This document shows, one piece after another, positions 11,950-33,249 of a stretch of DNA of 64,000 bases (position 1 is its first letter; every line of letters begins with the position of its first letter). The stretch lies in contig NIVC01001258.1 of NCBI GenBank assembly GCA_002269645.1, forward strand, positions 62,001-126,000. Reading direction: 5' to 3'. A model generated the notes under the pieces. It had not been told where the DNA came from and ran no database searches. It saw only the letters and a program-made list of their open reading frames with translations. The DNA is from Macrostomum lignano (Eukaryota). A program made the translations under genes and the position numbers.

Positions 11950-12497
11950 TACAATTAGACAGAGAATGAGTCAATAAAGAATTGTGTCAAATTTGAAGTC
12001 AATCGCTTCACGTGGAGCAAACTTATGGCAGCCAAAAGTTATTCAATTTTGAAACCCCTTTTACACATCTGGGCCCAGATCAGGATCGGGAAAGAGAGGC
12101 AGGCAGATGGAGGTTGGGGTGGTTGCTACGCTGAAAAAACAGCCAAACTTTAAAAGTGCACAGCGCCGTTCAGGATTAACTCTAAGACTTGAAATTTTAC
12201 ACGATTGTGTCAAAATAGTTTAAGATTGAGTGTGTCAAATTTGAAGATGATTGATAGAAGTGGAGCGGCGCTATGGAGCATTTAGTGAAAAAATCGTGCA
12301 TTTTGAGCAGTTTTTTGCACTTTTAGGTAGGAAGACTCAAATTTAGGAAATTTTAAGGTAGCCTATGACACTTTCCGTAGTGAATTTAGGGTGGGTGCAA
12401 AGTTTGGTGTAATTTGGTTGAGCAGTTTGGGAGTCTATAGCGAAGTAATTTGTACACAGACAGACACACAGAGTTTTGATTTTTATAGTTAGAGATA
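11950..12497 (+). mobile_element. Possible non-autonomous Helitron/Helentron-type (HINE-like) element
   Basis: Three gtgtcaaatttgaag / gtgcaaagtttggt modules ending in acagacagacacacaga...ttttatagttagagat. This layout resembles such elements from recollection; no database check was possible. Confidence 0.3.
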
Positions 12498-12952
12498 CTC
12501 CCTAGGCCCTAATTACCCCCTGCTTGTTCTCTCCTATTACAGGTTCAATTTTTGTCACTTTTGCCAAATCTAGTTTTCTAGTGTCATTGGGAATAGAATA
12601 GGCCTAATATATTATTTATATGTATAGATTATTTTGGCTCTACTCTAGGCTCCCTAGATATCTAGTTAATCTAGTGATAGTCAAAATGGTAACAGTCAAT
12701 CCAGCAATACGGTTAGTATATATAAAAAGGCATTACATGTAAATCAGCAATTGACATTTAAAAATATTAGTTTTTATTGTGATGATTCTTATACTAGCTA
12801 TTATTGTTAATAATAATAATTATTAATTATTTTTAATAATATATACAAAAAATAGTTTAGAAGATTAGAATTTAGTTAGTTTAAAATGTAGGGATTTCAA
12901 TAGCTCTTTTTTGTAATGTTGATAAATTATATAATGATTGAAAAAATAAGAA

Positions 12953-13958
12953 GGCAGTGCTTATTTAGCTGGCACCAGTCAAATAAGCCCGTCACTATTT
13001 AGCTGGCAGTCCTACTCCACTGCCAGTCAAATAAGCCTGTCACTATTTAGCCAGCAGTCCTACTCCACTGCCAGTCAAATAAGCCCGTCACTATTTAGCT
13101 GGCAGTCCTGCTCCACTGCCAGTCAAATAAGCCTGTCACTATTTAGCCAGCAGTCCTACTCCACTGCCAGTCAAATAAGCCTATCACTATTTAGCCAGCA
13201 GTCCTACTCCACTACCAGTCAAATAAGCTCGTCACTATTTAGCTGGCAGTCCTGCTCTACTACCAGTCAAATAAGCTTGTCACTATTTAGCTGGCAGAGA
13301 GGGGCCATAGCCTAGCAGTCTAGCACAGGCTCTGGTGTGCCAGCAACTCAGGCTCAATTCCAAGTGCAGTCACATTAATTTGGGGCTGAATTGGAATCTT
13401 GGCTTGGCTCTGCTCAAGCAATTAACATCATTGAAAGCCAACTCCCCAAGGCGTAGTGAAGTGTACATGCCTAATGATAATATAAAGTTAGGGCCACTGT
13501 ACATTCTTGTGTGCGTGTGTGCCTGCGTACATATCCGCGCGCTTGTGTGCCTACTCAGGGGAGTCGGCGAAATGAGCAGTAATGCCTCTCGCCAGTTGTG
13601 TGCCAATGTCACTTAAAGTGCGCCAGGGTGCATACAACCCCCCTGCCTCTAATAAAAAAAATTAGCCAGCAGTCCTGCTCCACTGCCGGTCAAATAAGCC
13701 TATCACTATTTAGCCGGCAGTCCTGCTCCACTGCCAGTCAAATAAGCCTGTCACTATTTAGCTGTCAGTCCTACTGAGTCCTCCCCACTGCCGGTCAAAT
13801 AGTGACCAGCAGTGATTGGCTTATTTGACCGGCATGGCCATTAGGGGCTAGGATTGCCAGCTAAATAGTGATAGGCTTATTTGACCAGCAGTGGGGTAGG
13901 ACTGCTGGCTAAATAGTAGCAAACTTATTTGGCCGGTGCCGGCTAAATAAGCACTGCC
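12953..13958. mobile_element. Mutator-type foldback MITE with 48-bp subterminal tandem repeats
   Basis: TIR ggcagtgcttatttagctggcaccagtcaaataag / cttatttggccggtgccggctaaataagcactgcc. Exact 9-bp TSD aaataagaa (12944-12952, 13959-13967); 9 bp is typical of MULEs. Confidence 0.88.
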
Positions 13959-14897
13959 AAATAAGAAACTATTAAATTGATACATTCTTTATTTTCACTA
14001 AAGGTTGCCCTATAGTTTTATAATTAGATACATTATTACACCTCAAATTATATCAGAAGAATAGCCATAGTGTATAGGTTTTATTTAAAGAAAGATACTG
14101 GCTATCCTAAAGAGAATGCTCTATATATAAATGTAAAATTGTAATGTAAAATTAAAATTAATGTAAAATTAAAAACTATATTCATGTTAATTTTTTTTTA
14201 TATCTAAAATTGATAAAATCTACAAAGCAATAATCTGTCTTCAGATTGTCTTATTGCCGGATTGACTAGAAGTCAGCCCCCTATAATATAAGCTTTGATT
14301 GATAGATTTATCTTTTTCATGTGATATGGTTATATTGCTATAGGCCTAGTTATAGATATATTCTAAATAATTATTTAGAATTAGAACATGTAGGCCTATT
14401 AGTATCAAATCCAAAAATTATGATTTTTCATTATCATATTTTGCATTTTATTCCAAGCTAGTAGAATCCATAGTTCATTTTGAATTTTACCATTCTACTG
14501 CAGATTCCATATTTTAATAGATACCAAGATTGTCTAAGACTAAGAATAAAACATATGTGGCCAGAAATATGATGGTTTTTTTATTGTGCCAATAAAAACT
14601 AGATATATATTTTGAATTTTATTTTTTGTGAAAAGTATTTTCCTTTCTAATTCTTTTTTAAATGCTCTATGCAATTTTTTTGCTCAATAGAAGAAATTGA
14701 TAATTTCAGTTGGTTGTCAATTTATTATTTTTATTGATTTAGTCAAATAACTTTACTCAACATTAAAATAAAAAATTAAAAAAATGCATGCATACAACCT
14801 GTTGTTAGTCTCTAAAAATAACATAGAACTGTACTTTATTTTCTAGTAGTCATAACAGTGCTAATGGACTGTTGAAGTATTGGATTCCTCCTGTTAA

Positions 14898-16503
<1,606 letters not shown>

Positions 16504-17324
16504 ACGCCAACTTTTGACTGCGGCATCCTCTTCCGAAGCGTTCTTAACAATTTATTTTTTACCTCTAATTATAAATAATCATATTTTTGTGTTTAAAATG
16601 TATCTGTATTATATTATATTATATTACTAAGTAGCTGAGTAGTATCATAGGCGAGTGTGTGTGCATTTTTTAAAACTTTCGCCTAATGTATATTTTGGAG
16701 TATTTAATGCCGTATAAGAATTGGATTTCCGATTCAGCGCTGGTGACACCCGCGCCCATGGACCTGACTGATACAGTAGAAAACTCGCTTTTAAATTTAT
16801 ACAGTAGAGCAAATTTGTCAAAAACTGATGCACTTGTTGCTGCTGTTAAATAGAAATGAAAACAAATTTGCTCGACAATCTGCTCGTTGCATTCATTCGA
16901 TTGAAAAGTGCGTTAACTAAACACGTGAAAATTGTTCCTGGCAACTTTTGTTATTTTTAATTTATTAGTTATTTTATAAATGAATAAATTTGAAGTATAG
17001 TTGCACTATAAAGCAGGCCTGTTAATTAATTTAAATAAAATAAATTAGTTGATTGCCACTATTATAACGGACTTTCGCTAAGCGTCATGGTGATATATTT
17101 AATAGTAAAAAATAAACCATTAATTTTCAACTGAAACTTTTTTCCGTGCGTTTAAATCTTTTTGTAAGTGTTCTGAAAATTATTCAACATTATCGATTAT
17201 TACTACTTACTAAAATAGCTAGATATCTACTCTTTTTAGTAGCAAAAATGGCGTTTTTGATTTTATATTTGAAGGACTGAAAAACAGTATTAAATTTTAC
17301 AAGATATTTAAAGCTTTTAAAGCG

Positions 17325-17690
17325 CCAGTCCCCAGCCAGACCGATAAACAGTTTGGCTTTCCAATTTCCCGCGTGTCCGCCTAACCTCCATCCCTACTGC
17401 TCTCTCATTGGCTGAGCTAGATTGGGCCGGCTGAGTTTTTGTCCGTCTGACTTGGACCTCTCTCCTTACTGCTCTCTCATTGGCTGAGCTAGATTAGGCC
17501 TGCCCTCTAGGCTGAGTTTTCGTCCATCTGACTTTGACCTCTCTCCTTACTGCTCTCTCATTGGCTGAGCTAGATTAGGCCTGCCCTCTAGGCTGAGTTT
17601 TCGTCCATCTGACTTTGACCTCTCTCCTTACTGCTCTCTCATTGGCTGAGCTAGATTGGACCTGCCCCCTAGGCTGAAGCTCGTCCGCCT
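17325..17690. repeat. Dispersed repeat with ~81-bp tandem units (second copy at 54525-54715)
   Basis: Unit ctctctccttactgctctctcattggctgagctagattaggcctgccctctaggctgagttttcgtccatctgactttgac about 4 times, preceded by aacagtttggctttcc as in the 54.5-kb copy. Confidence 0.8.
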
Positions 17691-17703
17691 TGCGTTCACT
17701 TGT

Positions 17704-17850
17704 ATGGCTGAAGGACAGACAGACAGGCCAAGAGACAGGCTGAAGGACAGACAGACAGGCCAAGAGACAGGCTGAAGGACAGACAGACAGGCCAAGAGAC
17801 AGGCTGAAGGACAGACAGACAGGCCAAGAGACAGGCTGAAGGACAGACAG
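17704..17850. repeat. 32-bp minisatellite, ~4.5 copies
   Basis: Unit ggctgaaggacagacagacaggccaagagaca. Confidence 0.9.
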
Positions 17851-18089
17851 CTGAGAGACTGGGAGGTGTTCCATAGTACTGATCAATTATCGCACGCCTG
17901 TACAAGCGCATCAACTTTGAACAAAATAAGTAACACAACTCTGCCTATTTTTTTGCTGTCGGCAACTTGCTTATAACTAAAGCTGGTGATTATGTTTTGA
18001 AATTTTAATTACCGATATCTGACAAGCAGTTTATTAACAGGTTTGTTAACGTATTCTCTAAAGAGTTTTTATTAATCAAACAGCACTGT

Positions 18090-19473
18090 TTAACCAAGCA
18101 GCACAGCCGTGCAGCAGAAGAGAGGGTACTGCGCCACGGAGGCCATCGCGACAATCCACAGGGACACCAATAAGCGTCCAACTCCGCTGCTCTCGTCTTC
18201 GACTAAGCGGCTGCTCACCTTCTCCACGCCCCATTTGCTTAGGCAGGCCTCTCCGGAACAGCATTTCCAATCCGCTTCGTTGCACTGCGCCTCCTCTAGA
18301 CACCGCGTCTCATCGGTCTTCAGGTTCACGCCGCAGCGTTTCGGCTGATTGCAGGGCTGTGTGAGCGTGTAGAAATCTGATTCATATAGACTTTAGTCTA
18401 GGGCACAAGTCTCCTCTCTGCATTCGGCATCTTTTCTATTACACTTCTGCATTTTCATCTCTCTCTGATCCCTATATTCCCATCTCCTCTCTAATATCCC
18501 TGTATTCCCATCTCCTCTCTGATCCCTATATTCCCATCTCCTCTCTCTGATCCCTGTATTCCCATCTCCCCTCTCTGATCCCTATATTCCCATCTCCTCT
18601 CTGATCCCTATATTCCCATCTCCTCTCTCTGATCCCTATATTCCCATCTCCCCTCTCTGATCCCTATATTCCCATCTCCTCTCTGATCCCTATATTCCCA
18701 TCTCCTCTCTCTGATCCCTATATTCCCATCTCCCCTCTCTGATCCCTATATTCCCATCTCCTCTCTGATCCCTGTATTCCCATCTCCCCTCTCTGATCCC
18801 TGTATTCCCATCTATCTCTGATCCCTGTATTCCCATCTCCCCTCTCTGATCCTTGTATTCCCATATCCTCTCTAATGGGAATTCCTGTATTCTCAACTCC
18901 CATCTTCCTTGTATAATTGACATTAACTTAAATAGAAAACAATGACTCAAATCGTTGATGCAGTTACGAGCATATACTCTTCTTAATTTCATTAATCTTG
19001 GAGAAAAACGGGATGCTTTAGAACAATACAGGTCTCATGGGATCACGTACCTTGATATCATCATTCGCTGTAGAATTTTCACCCTTAGAAATGTAGCAAA
19101 ATCTCCGAGACATCAGGGTGGCAGCGGTGTTGCACATGTTGCTTGTGCAACACTCCATCTCGTTCCAGTACTGATCCTGCTTCCGCAACGGGCACTCTAC
19201 AGCGCAGTCGAAGATGTACCTGCCGAAAAACTGATTGTCGATGCAATTGGTCACGGCGCTATTATTTTGCGTCTTATACGGCTTCACAATGGTTCGACAG
19301 GCTCTGGCCAGAGGCCCGCAATCAACGTCGTGCGCCGTTGAACCTATTGAAGTTTTGAAGCATCGTATGGCGAGAACTGGCTTGAACAGAACCAGTTGGT
19401 GTACAATACACACAGCTAGCCAATAGGCTGTCAATCTGCCTGATCGGCTACTTTTCCGCGTCGATAACGGCAT
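18090..19473 (-). CDS. Ly6/uPAR (three-finger) protein, two Cys-rich domains, likely GPI-anchored, ~225 aa, 2 exons
   Basis: Exon 19473-19051 (hydrophobic signal-like segment; IRCF...DC...AC...C...C...C...CCTSNMCN), donor aag|gtacgt. Exon 18344-18090 (acceptor aatcag|; PKRC...C...C...CCSGEAC), then a hydrophobic C-terminal tail. CCxxxxCN is the LU-domain signature. Confidence 0.8.
18440..18880. repeat. 26-28-bp minisatellite in the Ly6 intron
   Basis: Unit ctctgatccctatattcccatctc(cc)ct. Confidence 0.9.
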
Positions 19474-20115
19474 TCAGTTCTCCTCTATTTTCATTTACGT
19501 CGTATAACAAACAGTTTATTAGTTGAATTGAAACAGTGGATTCAGATAGTATAGCTAACCACCTTCAAGTAAATACAGAGTTGGAAAAAAGTTAGGCAAT
19601 GCTTTTTACCATAGACTCTACAGCAAAGTTTTGAAGATCTATCGTTACTTTACACTTCTGTGTCAAGATTTTAGCTGGCTTTGCCATAGACAGTACAGCC
19701 AGTGTATGTACACTTCTAGCTTTATTGTACATATACTGCCTTTAATCTGTTGATCGATGTTGTAGAAATGGGCAAATTATAATAGTGCGCGTATGAGCTA
19801 TGGTACCGCGAAAAATGACAGACTACGAACGGCGGACTCTCAGCGCGACATCCTACAGGATCCCTCATAACCGCCAAAATGTCTCAAAGTTAGCCGTATC
19901 CAAGCAAATAGTAGGATCACTGTGCCAATTGGCGTCAGTCAAAAAGTTTAAAAACCAAATAAAATAGCAGCACCTCTGCCCTGCAGACCCCATGTTTACA
20001 GATTACTCAAATTTGACGTCCTGAGAGACGTTCTTAAAATCCTGATAATCTAAATTACTATGAAACTATTATATAGCTTTTTTCAGTTCATTTGGGCTTC
20101 CGCGCATTAAATTTA

Positions 20116-20681
20116 ATCCAAGATATGTTTGCAAAAGTAATGGAGCTTTTGTCTATGGTAGCAAGGCTGGCACAACGGCATTTAATCTGGTCCAACAAGC
20201 ATCAATTTAGTTCATAGCTTCATCTGCAACTGCTGCGGAGGAGAAGCAAGATTAGCCATATGCTAGGCTGTCGAACGAATGCCATTGGCTTGTGATCGAA
20301 GCACTCGATAGAGGTGAACACCAAAAGGACATTGCAAGATTGCCAGAGCCTCAGGTCCAACTGCTACTCTTTGCAATTGAGACGAACCCTTTGTTGACGT
20401 TACAGAAAATGCAGCAGAAGTTGAAGGAACAGTTCCAGTTGGCCATCGGACTTCGACTATCAGCAGAGCTCTGGAAAAGCGACTGAAAACTGTTGGTTAG
20501 ACACGCTGACATTCCAGCGGTGCGCAACAACCTGCAGACGGTTGCTAGAAGGCAAGAGCTTGCCGAATGGCTCACGCGCGTTTGGATCAAATTGATGCTT
20601 GTTGGACCAAATTAAATGTCACTGCGCCAGCCTTGCTGCCATGGACAAAAGCTCCGCTACATTGGAAAGCGTATCTTGGAT
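20116..20681 (+). mobile_element. Internally deleted Tc1/mariner-IS630-type transposon
   Basis: ~93-bp imperfect TIRs (20116-20208, 20589-20681) flanked by TA (within TTAA). Interior encodes an HTH-like N-terminal remnant YARLSNE..LVIEALDRGEHQKDIAR..NPLLTLQKMQQKL..(fs)STISRALEKRL..(fs)PAVRNN; no DDE core. Confidence 0.7.
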
Positions 20682-20754
20682 TAAGTAAATAATAAACGCC
20701 GTTTAATTCGCATTCTGTGGTTAGAATGTCCGAGGCTGCATTTAATGGGTGGTT

Positions 20755-21408
20755 GTCTGGAATTGAGATTTCAGTTAATAACGAGCGTGCGTAGCGCGAG
20801 TGTCAATTTGACCATTAACTGAAATCTCAATTCCAGACGACATCATTGTCCAAATTGTCAGCTAGGGGTTAGAAATCAAAGTGGGTGGGGGACGGAAATA
20901 GGGGTGTGGATTTCACCCACATCTTAATATCTGCCACGTCTATGGTAGAAGCCAAGGGTCAGAAAAAATCAGTTAGTTCAGTTCCAGACAACGGCAGAAC
21001 ACACGAAATCACAGAGAATGATATGTCTATGGTCAAGATGACGGAGTTTTAGAGTCGCTGTTCATCGGGCGAGTAGAATCAATTTCATAGAGTCGCGATA
21101 GAATGGAAGGCATTCATTTTCCAATCAATCTGCCTATCGACGAATTAGGCAATGTCGACTCGTTCGAACTGAACTTTATTTCCGAGACTTCAAACATCGA
21201 CCGACGCGACGACGACTTTGCCGCGTTCCTTGACTACATTCAAAGTGATCGTTCTAACGATGAACTGCCGTGCCTAGATGGCGAGCAACTTGATGTTAAC
21301 GAGATGGATCGAGTAGAAATTGAAAGCCTACCTGCCGAAACGAGGAAGCAGATGTACATTCACGGTGAACGCTTCCTTAATTTCCTAGCGAGTGAGAAAC
21401 TACGATAG
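20755..21408 (+). mobile_element. Possible Crypton/DUF3504-type remnant: perfect hairpin plus truncated acidic ORF
   Basis: 25-bp perfect inverted repeat 20755-20779 / 20814-20838 with a 34-nt spacer containing aacgagcgtgcgtagcgcgagtg. ORF 21103-21408 ends ...EMDRVEIESLPAETRKQMYIHGERFLNFL, reminiscent of N-termini of DUF3504 recombinases. Family call is from recollection only. Confidence 0.35.
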
Positions 21409-22038
21409 TCGCGACAACCCTGTGGCTAAGTTCAGTTTCAATGGATGCACCTTTAATCAATGCAAGTTCAACTAAATTTTGTGAGACATTTGTGCGACGA
21501 ATTAACTATAGCTAAAAGTGTGCTTTTGATTGTTATATGTTAAGTTTAAAATATACGCGTTAACTTAAAAAATTATACCACTTCTAAAAATTCCAAACAA
21601 TGACCGGTCATTGCCTTGAACTAAATTACCATAGACATTTTGAACAATGGTCCCGAGGCGAGCAAACGATATTGAAGCACTTGATTTGTATTTCAAAATT
21701 AACATTAAAACACTAATTGTAATCGCATGCAAGACAGTTGAAAAAAACTATAAACTTCAGTCATAGCTATGCCCGCTACATACTACTATAAAAAGGTAAT
21801 TTGCCGGTAGCTTAAATATTATTGCACCAATAGGAAGCAAAACGGTTTCTATATTATTAGCGAAAAGAACTATCTTTATAAAATACACAGAGCTAAAAGG
21901 CGGGCGGTTACAAAACAGGCTTCGTTAAAAAACGTGACAAAAAGCAAATTATACTACTTAATCAACTGCTTATTCTAAGTTGCGCAAATCCAAATGTGTG
22001 ATAGATTCGAGTTACAGTGAAAAATTAAACACGCCAGT

Positions 22039-29553
<7,515 letters not shown>

Positions 29554-30139
29554 CGTGCAGTGCTCAGAAACGTTCTATGTTGCTTTAACTTGAAAACTTT
29601 TTGTTCTTCTCTTTATTCTCGCTCAGTTGACCTCTATTTTAAGTATACTTCTTACACTGCACAGAAACAGGAGTCCAGAGCCAACCGACATGCAAGCATG
29701 ACCCACGCTCTGGTCTCCGCACTCCCCAGCCCTCTAATAAAATTGAGTTCAGCAGAGGAGGCAAACAACTCTGCGCAGAACTCACCGCACAAGCATAAAG
29801 AAGCACATATTCTCTGTCCAAACTCTCAGCTGCTTCTCTCAATCCTTTCTTTCAATGCAAATGTTTTTCTTCCTAAGAATGCAAGCGAAAAAAAGCGTAT
29901 TTAGCTCGAGGCTCTGTATACCCCCATATGTAGCGTATTTGTTGGCTGGCTTGAAATTAACTTTTTAAGTCCACCTGCTGAACCTGAGCACGCATCCGGT
30001 GCAGTGGCATGCTCCGCTGGTCACACCAAACCAATTCAAGTTGCAGCTCTATGTAATTTGTACTTTTATGCAAGATTAATAGTTACTTATATATATTCCT
30101 TAAACCCGTATTAGACTTTAGAAAGAATATATTAAAGAC

Positions 30140-30402
30140 GGAGCCCAGAAGCATAGGATCTTGGAGACTGGGATGGCCCAGCAACTGAGGATCTGGGAGG
30201 CTGGCCCAGCAACTGAGGATCTTGGAGACTGGGATGGCCCAGCAACAGAGGATCTGGAAGGCTGGCCCAGCAGCTGAGGATCTGGGAGGCTGGCCCAGCA
30301 GCTGAGGATCTGGGAGGCTGGCCCAGCAGCTGAGGATCTGGGAGGCTGGCCCAGCAACTGAGGATCTGGGAGGCTGGCCCAGCAACTGAGGATCTGGGAG
30401 GG
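30140..30402. repeat. 28-bp minisatellite (family copy 1)
   Basis: Unit gaggatctgggaggctggcccagcaact. Confidence 0.92.
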
Positions 30403-31231
30403 TTGTGTCATAATCTCGTGATAAAATGAATATAGGTACAAAATTACAAAAAAGAACGAATTAATTGAAAACCTCAATAGCTTACCTCTGCTCGCTTATT
30501 GGATCTTGCTACGCGGCTAGCAGATGCAGAGAAAAGAACACCTTCCAACTTCTTGTTGAGGAATTCGACCAACAGATAAAGCTGGCCCTAGGGTGTGGAA
30601 TCTTATAAGGATTTATAGTTGCAACTGCAAGCCAATGGCGATGAAGGGAGTTCAGGCGCAGGCGCACTGCACGGGTAGGAGCGGAGGGGAAGGAAAGACC
30701 TTTCATTTTGCCTACAGCGGGGGAAAGGACGCGCTGCTATGTACAATCCGTACACAAGGCTTGGGGGCAGCACTGACTGTGTACACTGGTTTTCTCGGCA
30801 TTAGGTAAGTTCCCCTTGAGGGATTGATTTCTGCAGCCAAATCTCTCCCCCAGCCGCTTTGGGATGAGGGGATAGACAAGAGCGGGGCTTCAGTTTAGTG
30901 TAGCTTCAGGATCAGAGATACCCAGTTAGTTTTTTTGAAAGAAGCGCAACTTACCATTCGATATGCCCATGATATTACTTTGGTTAGCTTATAGTTAATC
31001 TCGGCTATTGACTTTTGCAGCCGAAGAAAGTAAAATAATTAGGTAAACTTTAACCAAGCGTTGCAATAGCCAGGAAAGCACCAGTGTCTAAAAAACGACT
31101 TAAAGAACAGAAACTACTGTTAGTAGTGAGCAGTAGCAAACTACGAGTACTAAGATGTATTGTCATTGTAGAGTATTTCATTCTGACCAGGCTATGTATC
31201 AGTGCCATGATCTGCCTTCCGATCTGGGATG

Positions 31232-31950
31232 GCGGCGGCCCAGCAACTGAGGATCTGGGAGGCTGACCCAGCAACTGAGAATCTGGGAGGCTGACCCAGC
31301 AACTGAGGATCTGAGAGGCTGGCCCAGCAGCTGAGGATCTGGGAGATTGGCCCAGCAACTGAGGATCTGGGAGACTGGCCAAGCAACTGAGGATCTGGGG
31401 GGCTGACCCAGCAACTGAGGATCTGGGAGACTGGCCCAGCAACTGAGGATCTGGGAGGCTGGCCCAGCAACTGAGGATCTGTGAGACTGGCCCAGCAACT
31501 GAGGATCTCAGAGGCTGGCCCAGCAACTGAGGATCTGGTAGATTGGCCCAGCAGCTGAGGATCTGGGAGACTGGCCCAGCAACTTGGGATCTGGGAGGCT
31601 GACCCAGCAACTGAGGATCTGTGAGACTGGCCCAGCAACTGAGGATCTGGGAGATTGGCCCAGCAACTGAGGATCTGGGAGACTGGCCCAGCAACTAAGG
31701 ATCTCAGAGGCTGGCTTAGCAACTGAGGATCTGGGAGACTGGCCCAGCAACTAAGGATCTCAGAGGCTGGCCCAGCAACTGAGGATCTGGGAGATTGGCC
31801 CAGCAACTGGGGATCTGGGAGGCTGGCCCAGCAACTGAGGATCTGGGAGGCTGACCCAGCAACTGAGGATCTGGAAGATTGGCCCAGCAACTGAGGATCT
31901 GGGAGACTGGCCCAGCAACTGAGGATCTGGGAGACTGGCCCAGCAACTGA
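31232..31950. repeat. 28-bp minisatellite (family copy 2), downstream of RPS13
   Basis: Same unit as 30140-30402, ~25 copies with point variants. Confidence 0.95.
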
Positions 31951-32295
31951 CACTCAGGTGTGCTGTGTGCTAGACAGTCAAACACAGGATGCGATTTGAC
32001 GGCAAAAGCACAATATCGAACTGTTAGTCATAACCAGCACCAATTCCGCATCAAAAACACTGGAGACAAACAAACAAAAGCTTGCCAATTGAATAATTTT
32101 TCTTCCAATGAGCGCCACTGCGGCTCGCCAAATGAGAAACAGGGGATCGGCCAACTGTTCGCTGTTAATATTTATTTATTCGAGTTCTCGTTAACTACGA
32201 GTTCTCGTAGCCAATCAACAATAAGAACACTGGGAAACTCGCCGGCCATCTGTCAGAACCATCACTGGCTACTGAGCAATCAAACAAGCTGTCAG

Positions 32296-32751
32296 TTACG
32301 CAACCAGAGTCGAAGCGGTAGACGACTCGTACTTCCAGTTGCTAGGCAGAGTGCCCCGAGTCTTGTAGTACCTGGCCAATCGGTGAATGCGACTCTCAAC
32401 CAGAATCAGACGGAACTTCGAGTCCTTGTCCTTGCGATTGCGCTCCAGGTGCTTGCGAATGGCCACGGCCTTCTTGATGAGATAGTACAGATCCTCTGGC
32501 AGGCTGGCGGCCAGGCCCTTGGCCTTCAGAATGCGCAGGATCTTGTTGCCGGCCACCCAGCGGGCCTGGGCGACACCATGCGAGTCCCTCAGGATGACAC
32601 CAATCTGCGATGGTGTCAGGCCCTTCTTAGCCAGCTTGCAGATCTGATCGATGACGTCATCGGCGCTCAGTTTCAGCCAGAGCGGCACAGAGCGACGATA
32701 GGGCAGAGCGGATTGGCTGAGGCCTTTGCCGGGTGTGTGCATGCGACCCAT
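32296..32751 (-). CDS. RPS13: 40S ribosomal protein S13 (uS15), 151 aa, single coding exon
   Basis: Complete [21 protein letters not shown]...[17 protein letters not shown]...[19 protein letters not shown]; AATAAA on the minus strand at ~32171-32180. Confidence 0.98.
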   Translation of the reverse strand: MGRMHTPGKGLSQSALPYRRSVPLWLKLSADDVIDQICKLAKKGLTPSQIGVILRDSHGVAQARWVAGNKILRILKAKGLAASLPEDLYYLIKKAVAIRKHLERNRKDKDSKFRLILVESRIHRLARYYKTRGTLPSNWKYESSTASTLVA

Positions 32752-32800
32752 GATTGGCTGGTTGGTTGTTGGTTAATCCGGCTAGCACTGCAATGCGATA

Positions 32801-32830
32801 GACGGAGACAAATTTGTCTATTTTTATATA
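32801..32830 (-). promoter_or_regulatory. Putative RPS13 core promoter (TATA plus pyrimidine initiator)
   Basis: tatataaaaa (32830-32821) about 23 nt upstream of ttgtctccgtc, resembling the pyrimidine (TCT-type) start of ribosomal protein genes. Confidence 0.4.
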
Positions 32831-33249
32831 TGTACTACTACTAACACTCACTATATTACTTGCTACTAGTACTATTTGAAGTCCGACAAGACTATTTAAT
32901 ATGAAGATTCTTCATTAACCATGAGCTACACACAAGGAGCTCGTAAAAGCTTGATGCAGGGAGGCATTTGATTAACCCAACCTTCCAATTAGCCAGACAC
33001 AGGGCATCAAAGTGTAGCATCAGCCAAGTGAATATGGGTTTACAGTAAACTTTCAATGAAGGGCTCTGCCCAGAGCAGTAAATATTTTTCTTTAACCACA
33101 ACTGTACACTAAAAATGGCAAATGTGTCATCAATGTATCTATTATGCATGTGATTCTGTATAGCCCATGGTTCTTTTTCTACTAAGAAGTCTGCTCTAAT
33201 GAAAGTTCTCCAGCTTAATGGGTATCTGCTTGGTTTTATTAGCAGGCTT

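Noticed and set aside
29560-31230. Isolated splice-donor-like sites and short ORFs between RPS13 and the tetraspanin
   Set aside because: No consistent exon chain or coding signal could be built; may be 5'-UTR exons but unsupported.
31960-32844. 294-aa plus-strand ORF
   Set aside because: Antisense shadow of RPS13 with no recognisable domain.
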